Below are positions 47,701 to 59,700 of a stretch of 64,000 nucleotides of DNA, piece by piece. Positions within the stretch are counted from its first letter, which is position 1, and each line of letters starts with the position of its first letter. Location of the stretch: positions 124,001 to 188,000 of the forward strand of contig NW_020844755.1 of NCBI RefSeq assembly GCF_003704095.1. The letters run 5' to 3'. The notes beneath the pieces were generated by a model. It had not been told where the DNA came from and ran no database searches. It worked only from the letters and a program-made list of their open reading frames with translations. Position numbers and translations under genes: made by a program. Source of the DNA: Pocillopora damicornis. Lineage: Eukaryota.

Positions 47701-50700
47701 ACGTCATATCCTTCTCCTTACGTCTATTCTTATAGTTTTGGGTCATTTCCAAGTAGTCTCGTCATTTCAAAGTTCAATAAGACGTTTACTCAACTTACTA
47801 AACATTAATAAAAAACTTCCCTGTAAAGTAAAGCTATTTTGATACTTAAGATAGCTTTACAAAAATAGTTGTGGCGAGCATAAACCAAACAATTTTTTTT
47901 ATTTGTGACCACTGCAATAGCCAATAAATCAGCACTAACCAGTCTACTCTTGAACAAAAATCTGTTGTGTTCATTTGTCCTCATTGATATATCGTTGCAT
48001 GGTACTTACGCTCACAATTCTTTCCCTTGTACCATTCTGGGCAAATACAAGTATATTTGCGTTCCCACTTCGAGGATTTAGCATTACGCACACAAGTGGC
48101 TCCGTTTTGACATGGTTGCTTTTGACAAGGAGTCTCCATCTCTATAGGTAAATGAAAGCTTTGTTTTTACCGCAGGTCATGATCATCAGCGTGTCTAGAT
48201 TCATGCTTCGTTAGCACTCTGGTCATTTTTTTGTGCTATGCGAAAAAGATCAAATTGTAAAACAAATGTCGCTGGGAACCAATGAGAACTTTAAGCAATC
48301 ACTCGTATTGAGGGCTGCCGCAAAAAGGGATGCGTGTTGCTTTTAAGTTTTGCATCTGATTGTTCGAGAAGATGGTTGGGGTTTTCTGGACGAATCACAG
48401 GGCAAAGGAATGCGAAAAAATTGTAACACCGCTTTGTAGTTATTGTTCTTCTTATGTTGAGAGGTTTTCCACGAGTCTTCCAGTTTCTACTCCTGCTCAA
48501 CAACACTCGAAATTCTAATTTTTTTCCTGGGGACTGAGCTCTTTCAGGCATTTCCAGTAATGGTGTTAGCGCAGCACACTTTTCTGTTGACAATACTACA
48601 TACCGTCACAGTTTTTTCCCTTGAATCCTTCCAGACAGTCACAGTGGTATTCGCCTGGCGGCTTTTCGATGCAAACGGCGTCATTTTGACATGGATTAGT
48701 TGGGTAGCACTGATAGTTACCATCTGATGAAAAAAATATCAAACTTAGATAAGTTAAGGAATCTAAAGCGCTAGGTTTCGGAATTTCTTTGCAAGTTCTC
48801 AAGGAGTTTTTCTATTGTGAAGGTCACGGGCTACAACCTCAATCGCATAATCATACTCCTCTTGAATGTATTTAACTTTAATTATGAAAAAGGCGATTTC
48901 AAAAAGTTTACAAAGATCTGATAGAAAGATTAGGTGTTTTGACCAAAATTTCTCATCAGTAGGTTTCACCTTTGTTTGCTTCAAGCCGCTTCAACCTCGT
49001 TTTTTTTGCAACGAGCACCCGTGAAATACAAATATCTACAATAAAAAACATCTAAATGATCGCCATGGTACTCAGACAGTTCCAATTTACTGAGCTTATG
49101 AGACCTAAACGCGGGAAACTGACAAACAGGGAGCACAGCTAGCAGCAAGTGATCAGTTGTTATGTCATTAAACTCACAACCTTCTAAACAGGGTCGCTTG
49201 CTATCACAATCCTCTTTGTCCTTGGGCTTTTTCAGAAAAGAACACTGTTCTTCTGATACTTGAGAGGGTCTTCCATCTTGATCAATAAGGATACAGTTAA
49301 CTGTACGCTGTCGAATGCCTGCACCACACGGAGTAGAGCACTAAAAAAACAAAATGTTCTTAATCAGAAATTTCACCAGCCAGTCAAACTTCAACAGCGG
49401 AGCTAAACCCAGTTGCCAGATTATGGTGGAAGCAATTACCAGCTAGTCAACTCCTCCTGAAGGGTTGTAGTGGCTGGAGAAAGGCTTGTAAGAGTGAGCC
49501 CACAATCCCAACATAATGACCCGATCAGGGCCAGCAAGGAACCCAGGCCTTCCCATCCAGAGTCAGCCCGCAAGCCACTGGTGCAACTCTTTTGCTCTTC
49601 GAAATATCTTCATAAAAATAGATCGTTTAAGTAATCACTTACTGCCGTCCACGTTGATTCAATTTTCCAATCTGGCTTGCAAATGATCTGGTTGCACTGT
49701 CTACTCAGCTGACTGACATCTGGGAGCTTACTTGGGTCACACTTAGAGGTAGATATTTCAGAATAGTGGTGACTGCTCGTTTTCTCGTGACATTTCATTT
49801 CTCGAGTCTGAACACCAGTACCACAGGTTTTCGAACAAGGTGACCAATCTGTAACGATCCACCTGGGAGAAATGGCATGAGAATGATTCAAACTTTCTAC
49901 ATAATGAAAAAACGTTGTCTTGAAGGCTGTTTAGAGTGGCAACGTTTTGGGTAATCCAGTGCGTCTCAATGGAAATTGATAAATAGAGAAATGATCCTCA
50001 CAGGTGAGCTACGACAAAAAGAGGCAGAAAAAAGCATGAAAAAGTTTAGGCTTCGACGGGATTCGAGTCAGTGCCTTCCAGACACTAGTCGCGCCTTACC
50101 AAAACCTTAGTTACGAAGCCATGTTTTAGTAGTTGGCCAATTTTTAGCTTCTTCTTTATTTTTGTAGAGTAATCTGGGCTCCTTCTGGGTATAGAAGACA
50201 CAGGACACGTCACAACAGAACACCGCCTCGTTACTCCATTGTTTTATTGTTTTCGTCGTTTTTTTTCTCTTTTTTTTGTCTTCTACACCAAGTAAGCCCC
50301 GTAATCTGTAAAAAAAACATATTGGGTGGCGGTGGAGGTATGAATGTCATTATATTTATTGAATATTAATACTTGGAATTATTGATGAAGGTGATCAGGC
50401 AAGAAAGAAAAGAGAAAAAAAAATCAGCTTGAGAAGATATTTACTCTGGAGGGCAGGGTTGCTGATTGCATTCATTATTATCATCTGGTCGTAGAAGTTT
50501 ATCACAAGCTTCGTCACTAGCAGGTGTTCCATCCTCTTCTAGAACGCAACGAACTTCTCGAGTTTGAACACCTTAAGAGAAATGAAATACCATTGAACGT
50601 TCATTTCACTGTTGGATGAATTTATCAAGATGTTAGATGAGTACAGTATTTGCGTAAATTGATTCAAGAACGCCGAAATGTGATCCTGGTATCTATTTTA

Positions 50701-53700
50701 TTATTATTTTATTTATCTATTCAATGTTAATGATCAAGATGAAATTTTCTTTGGTTTTCTCACGTGTAGTTTCATAGAAAACTTATCATTCCTAATTACA
50801 GAAAAAAACCTTGAAATGATCATTTGCTGGAGTGGAAGAGCACCAACATTTTAAAAGGAAGGAATAAACCAGAAATGAAGTAGGGTAGACAAGGAATAGA
50901 CGAGGATTTAAAATTATGTTAATAAAAGACTTGAGACTAAGAAAGATGATATTCGTTTTTACCAAGAGCGGGGAACAAAAGAAAAGTTAAGGGTTTTCCA
51001 CAAGGAGGAGAACCTCAGACCATTGTATTCCGCACTGAAATGCTCTCTCGACCGAGTCACAATGAATTCTTTGGTGATAAGGCTAAATTTTTCGTGCCGG
51101 GAAACCTGTAATGCATTCTCCTCAACTTGCCTCTAGCGCATGTAGCAGAACACTCAGACCAATCACCCACAATCCATTTGTAGTCGAGCTTCAGCTTACT
51201 CCAGGAGTTAAGGTGATACCAGATATCATAAGCAACGCCAAGATTCTCTCCATACTCTGCTATAAACTGTGTTAGAGAAACACAGGAAAGTAGAAATGCG
51301 GTACTGATCAAGTAACCTACATGAATTAAGGTGATCAAATGATTCCTATACGCCCCAAGGATTTTTCACCCTGATAAAGCTGAACAAATTATCTCTGGGT
51401 GCTTTGTTGCACACTCAGAGTAAGGTGATGTTTACAAGAAACTTTTTGCCTCTGTTCCTCCATACAAACGTGCTGTTTTATCATTAATCTCTCTTCGTAC
51501 TCTTTATAGAGTGGACACGTCTCTAGTAATTTTTTATCCTCACCATTATCCTCAGTTTTGCTTGAGTTGGTCCTATTATCTTCAGTTGATCTGCATAACG
51601 TTTATTTTTGTTTACATAGTAGATAGAAGCTCCAGCATAAGTAATTTGAACATTTTTATCCTTATCTGGGTCTATTAGATAGTCGCCATCCTTCGACATG
51701 ACACCTGCAGAAGAACGTTTGCATCAATTTGTATTGCAAATGAAAATTAGTATCATTTGCTCTAAATGAAATGAAGGTGTTCTAAGGAACTTAAACTATC
51801 TATGTTATTGTATCAGAGGACAAAATGTACTCCTACAAACATTACGAGAGCAATTTTGAAGACTGAATATTTCGGACGAGTTGAAAATGTAGATCACTTA
51901 TGTGATTGGTAGTACCCTTGTTTTCAGAAATTTAGTATTTACCTATTTTGTTGTACGTCGCAGCGACTTCAATAAAACTTGCAGACATTGTCCCGGGTGG
52001 AAGATCATAAATGGTATCTGCATTCTCCTTTCCTAAGAAAGAATTAGTGAGTTAATTTATTCTTTATCCTTGGGTGCGATGAGAAAGGCGGAAAGATTGC
52101 GTGGATAAGGTCAATTACATATCAAAATATTCCTTACCAGTTTGGTTCCACTGTTTCATGTACTTGTCTACAACATGTTTACACGTATTCCCATTGCCAC
52201 CACACACACTACACCTGTCGATTCTTACATTTGATCCCAGGACCTGATCACAGCCAGCAGCCTGATAAAGGATATAACACATAAAAGTCATCTCCCAGTA
52301 AGAAACAAACTTTGGTAGCAATCTTGAGCTTATAGAAGATAAAAAAAAAAAAAACTCACGAAAACAGTGGTGATTTAACACTATCCTTACGGCTTCATGA
52401 TTATCCTTCTTTAACTGACAGCATTTTGGATTATCTTTTATTCACTTTCCCTTATAAATCATAAAGTTGATAATTCTAGCAAAAAGAGCCCGGTTTTATC
52501 CTCACATATCTCGTTATCCTTGGAAACGATTCTCACAAAACCTCACCAAAATATGTTTTAAGAATTAATAATATACATAGAAAAATTANNNNNNNNNNNN
52601 NNNNNNNNNNNNNNNNNNNNNNNNNNNNNNNNNNNNNNNNNNNNNNNNNNNNNNNNNNNNNNNNNNNNNNNNNNNNNNNNNNNNNNNNAAATTTTGTTGA
52701 CTCCTCAAGTCAAAGTGGCTCTTGTTCATATGAGTAACTCACCTTGCAACTTGCTCCAATACAAACATCAAATATGGCGGGATCTTTGCTGCATCTGGTA
52801 CCATCTAACACTTTTCCATATCCCTTGACAGTGTATCCCAACCGGCAATACAAATCACATGGTCCTAAGGAAGATAGAAAAGGGTACTTTGCGAAATAAT
52901 TTCTTTAAAAATAATCAAAAATTCATTGTGTTATCAACGTTGTTGGGGCTTGTAGTATAGCTGCTTGGAGGAAACGCTTTTAAATGGGGGTAAATTTTTC
53001 AAAAAAAATCTCTTCCTCACAGTGAAAACTTAATAGCAGTTCGTAGGTGTTCAACACGATTGAGAAATAAAAATGCGTAACTGACTGTCCAAAAGTTTTC
53101 ACGGCGTATTTTTCCACAGATGTCTAAGTTTGTTGAGGATAAAATGACAAAGTTAAGGGGACTTCATAGCTCTGTGTATCACCTCCATGATAATATGCTG
53201 ATGAGCCCTCCAGTTTCTTCGCGCACTGTTCATCTCGGTATGTATCTGTAACACTTCCAGGACAGTGCTGAAATGAACCTCATTTTGAAATCAATGTGTA
53301 ACCTCCTCGTTTAAGTAAAAATAGGGGGAGAGACTTCAAAATTTAACTTTGCAAATGTAGTCGTCTGGTCCAGAAGATAACACACCCCAGAAGAATTAAA
53401 CGATCTTCTTTATCAGTTGCGTGGATTGACAGTTCTGTTGCGAAGCATATTATTTTTAAACTAACGATTGAGTGAAACCATATGAGAAAAACTTAATACA
53501 ATTCAGGAAAAAAATTCTGTCCAGTTTCTCGTCAGGAGGAAACAAATTTGACGTGATGATGAAGTTGAGATGAAAAATTCTGCTCTTCCTTCCCCTCTAT
53601 TCATTTTTTTCGGATACGGTTTGCCTAATCTGGCTCGTCTAAACATGTTTCCAAATGATATACTCTCAGATCGAAGAGAACAGTCGATACTTACTAAGAT

Positions 53701-56700
53701 CTCACAGATTCTCCAATGCCCAATTGAATCTCCCTGGCATTCTTTCCCTCCATTTGAAGGCCTTTTCATTCAAGATCAGCAAAAGAGGAAGAAGGAAAAA
53801 AGATCGCTTAACTTGTGCTCACGCACGGACACACTTACAAGATTAAAGCCGAACTTATTTGCACTTTATGCATTAGAATTGTCATTTGATCTTATGAGAA
53901 ACCAGCGGATCTGTGAAATGGACGAGCTCGATGCAAAGTTGCTTTCTAATGCAAAATCTCCACACAGCCAGAGTTGGTGGAGGCAAGGAATCTCGAGGTG
54001 AAATGAAATCATCGTTGGGGAAGAGATCTCACGATTTCAAATGCAATCCCTACCTGAATTAATTATTCATTATAATTATTGATGATTCTCTCACTCACGG
54101 TGGATTTGTGCATGATCTTGTCCTGTGTTGTACCCCACCACCGCATGTTCTCGTGCATGGAGTAAAGTCCGACCATTCGCTCCACCAGCCATCGACCTGG
54201 GGCCGACCGTTGTCAACGCACACTCCTTTGATGCACCACTATAAGAAATTAGATACAAGCACAAATTATGTTCGGTCCCAAGAGAATTATAACTTTGTAC
54301 GAACAGAAAAGCTGACGAGAAAACTTGAACCCCTCCAGCGAGTTCGACCTTGGATGACCTTGCGAGGTCATCCAAGCGCGTTCATCAACATGATTTGAGC
54401 ATAAGATGAGGGAAGTGCTCAGCATTGCTTTAGATCAAACTTACACGCCGAACGTTACGGTTACAATGAATCCTACAGAGAACAGTGATAGCACATAGTT
54501 CGTCTACAACTTGTTTAAACAGAGAATCTTTGTTCAAAATGGAAAAAAAAATTAAAAAGGCATCATCTCATTTTATGGAAGTCAACTAGTTCTAGCTTAA
54601 AGATATCAGGAGTGTTTTGAAGTGACTTCAAAGGAACGCAATGAAACATGTTCTTAAAGCCAGGAGTTTAGCATTGGAAAAGTTCTCTTTGGAGTTTTGC
54701 TTATCACTTCTGGCTGGTCTTAGAATAACGGAGTCCTATGGCGAACTGCAGCAGGGTTTGAACATTTGACTAATAATGACATACATTTCTACTTCCACAG
54801 GGAGTCCCGTCGAGAGCGGGAGCTGCACGTGTATCACACCAATATCCGTTCGGAGTACACCACAGTTTACCACACTCTGCCTGCAAAATGAGCAAGCATC
54901 GCAAGCGACATTAGACACCTTTACAAAATGTTAAAGCAGCGCCTTTTTACAAAGGTTTTATTCAGTTATCTGGAAACTATTTAAAATTCAGCCAATCTGA
55001 CTACATAATTTTATAAGCTGTTTATATTTTTCCATATCTTTCTTGAATAAATTTAGTAATCAGAAAGTGTATTTCCGAACAACTTCCTTTTTTCGCTCGC
55101 AATAAAAACCGATTAATTATAAACGGATTCATAAGAAATAGATGAATGAAATAATAGTTTACAAATATATACACAACTAAATGCATATTGTTTTCTTCGA
55201 CATGATATTTTTAGGAACATAAATGTTATTTTTTACATTGCTTTCAATTGGTAATTAAAAAAGAAAAAAATATCAAAATGAAGACAAACACTGATTAGAC
55301 ATTTGAATCAAAGGTTGGTTTTTTTAGATGGGAATCTCTTACCGCAAATCGAGAACATTGTCGAAAACCAAGTCCATACTGTAAGACGCACTGATCATCG
55401 CCATTCATGATTTCACCAGGAAGTTTTAATACAAAATTATTCGCGTAAAGCTCGCTAGGATCAATTGTCTCTTTTATATCGCGTGCTACCCTGATACTGA
55501 CTTCTCGTTTGTCGGGATCACCTTCATCAATCTTTTCATACACCACAGTCCTTTCGCCGTCCTCAGCCTCTTCGTTCAAACAATTTGACTTGCTACTTCT
55601 GCAAAACACATTTCATGGACAAAGTTAAAAGTCAAATAAATTTGCAAAAGCTTTCTGAATCGCTATAAAACGTGATTCTCCACACAACAAAAACGAGGTC
55701 ATCCAAACGTGTCCATCAACGAGATTTGAGCGTAAGATGAAAGTAACGAAGGCTATTTTTAGTTATGATTTACGTGACTTTCAACACCCTTTTGTTTTGT
55801 GTGACATTCTTTCGAATTGTCAGCATTATGTCTCATTCCGTCAGGTCACGAGACACGTGTTAGTCGCAAGCATAGCCAGATCGAAGGATTGTCGAAATAC
55901 TAGAATAATAGAACGGGGAAAGAGGTATGTCATCTTGTTTATTTTTGTATTTATATACCGAAACGTGTATAATCAAAGGTAGTTTTGTTTCGTTTAGGAT
56001 ATTTGTGTTGTTTGATTTATCTATATACACGCCCCGCGTGTTCGAGTTTAGGACATTCGATTAGCGTATATTGTATGGTAATGGCCTATTTTAGTTTATT
56101 ATATTTCAGTTTTTATGAGCTTTCGAGTTTGATAAACCAACTGAGATTTGATAGACGCTGGGAGGTTCCGTTAATATAAAACATTTCTCTGACGCGGCGT
56201 TGTTCAAGTTTGATTCGATGTATATCAGCGTCCGCCCCGTTACAATGAGGGAATTATATTGCCCACGTTGAGCTGAGATCTGATAGAAATATTTGAAGTG
56301 ACTTCGAGCAAACAGCAGTTTCGATAAATAACTGGTGTATTTTAAGTTCCGCTCAATTTCCGTTATTTTTAGCGTAGTTAAGATAATGATAGACCTCGTT
56401 TAACTCTACAGTATCTTAGCAGATATTCTTTTTACCATTGTCGTCACATTAAACGCTAGTTCATTAAAACCATCTGTTGTGCATTATTAAACAATGTCAA
56501 CCTATGAGTACCCAAGGATTTCCAGTTTGGAAATCACCCCACAAGTTGGGTTAATATCTACCTGAGAAGTTCTTGAATGACTCTCATACTGCAGTTGGAC
56601 CATGTCTCAGCTTTGGAGCCTCCAGGGAGCACCGCGGACATGATGTATGTGTTAGAAGGACACTCGTCTGTTTCATCATGATCCACCCCCATGCTAGAGA

Positions 56701-59700
56701 CAACAATATTTATTCACCGACTTTCATTTTATTCTTGACTGGTGTTAGTCAAAAGTAGACTAACATAAAAGAACGAAATTAAAGAAGGCCTTTTTTGGGG
56801 AGTTGGTCTCTGAAGTTATGCTCTCTCCCCAAACACAGGACATGATGATCATTGGTGCTACACTTATCTGACGATAGAGCTCGATTGAAATATCTTGAAA
56901 TATATTGCTAGCAGAATACAAACTTAGAAGACAGACAAAATTTGGTTCACTTCAGGAAGCTTGCTTTCGAGTTTACGAAATTTAAAGAAAACTAAAAATT
57001 TTTTAAGCTGTTTAAGAAAAGGTCGTTATTAACAGCGTAAAAACCCACTTCAAATGCTGGAGGAACACTCGGAAAACTTGTAAACCCCTCGCTTTCGGCT
57101 CGTAACTGACAAACTTCCATGAATACATTACGCAAAGACAATCAGCTTTTGTTTGTTACGCGAGGTTCTCAAAAGGGTGATAGCCCTTACGGCTAACGCT
57201 TAACATTTTGGCAATTTTCCGGTTCATTTATTTCCGATGCGATTAATTTTTAAATTAAAAAGCTAAAAAAAATCGGGTTAGTTATTTTATGACTTAAGGT
57301 TAAAATTTGTCAAAACTACAGTTAAATTATTTTTCCGTTTTACGGCTAATGGTTTACCCCAGTAAGACCCTCTAAAACTAAACTAAACTAAATTCGACAG
57401 TTCTACAGTTTTCTGTTCTTGATAATTTGAAAAAGAGACATGGCTCTGTCAGGGAACAGTGGTATTTAGGTGAGTATGTCCTTCGGTTACTTAAACTGCA
57501 TTGAAAATAAGCCTTACTTGTGACCAGTTTCATGAGTCACTATCAGAGCTGTTTGTAAGCCCACCATGTTGTTTACGTTTTCTGTCGCTCTGCCGTTACA
57601 TATGGTCTTGAACGGAGCCAATCCTGGTTTATTAAGAACAAGTACAAACCAAACTGTGTTAATGGACGCGCTAACAGAGATAGTCCACCCACGTTAAGGT
57701 GAGCAGCAGGGTTTGCGAAGCGAAATTTAAAATGGCAAACACCAAGGTCGAATTTTAAGACAACTTTCAAACGGTGCTGTCACTCTTTGGAATCTCAAAA
57801 TACGGTCAGTGGTAAAGTTTTTATATTTACTCTCCTATGTGGCTGGTAATTCGTATGATTTTTTGGAGCAAACGCCTCCTCCACGCGAGCTGTATCCCTA
57901 CACAAATGGAGATCATATCGATCGATCAAGTGCTTATAAGAACAGGGTAATTAAGTATTATCAAATGAGTTGATAACATAAACTGGCCACCGTAAAGAGT
58001 TTCAAAGCTGACGTTTCGAGCGTCGGCGAGTCCTATGTTTCACTCTGACGAAAGGCTAACGCTCGAAACGTCAGCTTTGAAACTCTTTACGGTGGCCAGT
58101 TTGCGTTATCAACTCAGGTGATAATACTAGGTTACCCTGCTATACTCTCCCAACGACGCAGCTCCACAGTTTCTTTAGAAAGTTATCTCCTTTATAAATT
58201 TGGATTATGATCAAAATTGGGTAAAATCGATCTCTTAATGAGCCCAGCAAGCCGATCGGTGAGGATTTACGTGTACATTACCAGGAATATCGAAATATAA
58301 CCTATATATGTAACTTATAAGAGTTGCATTGTACTTACCACCAAGTCCTGATTCCATGCTGAATAATAAAGAAGTATAAGTGATAAGTATTATTTTTAGC
58401 ATCTTTGTTATTACACTATTACGTCATCTTACCATATTAGGGCGTGAAAACACGTAAAATATGTGATAATAGCCTAATGTGGAAAAGACAAAAATACGGA
58501 CGGAAAGTAGAGTAACAAAATGTCTGCAGTAAACAATTCAGACTTGGATTTTTTGCCGTTTGTTTAGCTTATTGTTTTCAGCATCGAACTTCAAGCGCAA
58601 GCAAGCATGAATTGATTTAAGCATAAATGAATTAAGCGACTCACTAACTTGCTGATGGACAGACAGAGAGAGTTTTTAAGATGTGCACCTTGCTTTGTAC
58701 ACCGTTTACTTTGCTTTACCTGTACACAAGGGAAAACACATCTTCCCTGCCAGTCTGGTGGGATTTTATATATTTAGCAAACTTCGACAGCCATTGAGTT
58801 TTAGATTCTGAGAACTCCGCACCGAACACCTGAAGAAGACAGAGATGTAACATTTAAACGGCACCGAATGCAATTTTAGAGCTGATTTTTTTATTTCTTG
58901 ATAATTCATGCGAGTCTAGAGTATGGTTTCAGTTTCCAAAGTTCGCTTTGTTAATGAAACGAGTTGTTCTTTGGTCACATACTTTCACTCATTTGTTGGT
59001 CTTTTTCTGGTTGTTAGTAAAATTTCTTTAATTCAAAGTCTGCTATTTTGGTTTACCTTCTTGTCGATAACGATGATTCGCGTAACTTTGTAATAAATAC
59101 GGATCTCTCCAATGCTCGGGTCCATGAAGAGTCCTGAAATCTTGAAAAGAGAAACCCGAATGAAATTCGCAGAATCTTTTCAAAAAGCGTATGGACCTGT
59201 CAATGCATTCTTTCCTCACTCAACATTTTCATTCACATCCACTTCTTGTTGCATTATATTGACGAGAGAATGCTTCACATTTTAATATTTACAGCAAAAG
59301 GTTAATTATTGTCAAATTTTATTTCAAGAGTTAAGCAGGCTCGACGGAAGTCAATGTCTTTCTTTCTCCTAGATAATGGGTGGGTAAAGAAATAAAAATT
59401 CTGGTTTCAACCAGTAAATAACAAGTTCAAAATTCAAACAGAAGGAAAGTATAGAATGTAAATTAAAACTAGGAATTTATTTGTCGAGGGTGCGGAACAA
59501 AGACACTTCTGTGAGTTCCCAATGATGATTCAAGTACGAGTCACTCCTTACAATGTTTGTATGTGGTAGCAAGCGATTTTCACAACTTCAAGATATGTAG
59601 GAGGTGTTTATCAAATCAAAGTTTACAAAAAGATGTTAAATCTAGAACTTACTGTATTTCCTAATAAAAGGAGAAACTCCTTTGGGTCGTGCTTTTCAGT

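Noticed and set aside
57831-57897. Exon-like segment reading [10 protein letters not shown] in the ADAMTS catalytic region
   Set aside because: That frame is phase-incompatible and hits a stop with no donor; the neighbouring exon already supplies GLAPFKTIC.
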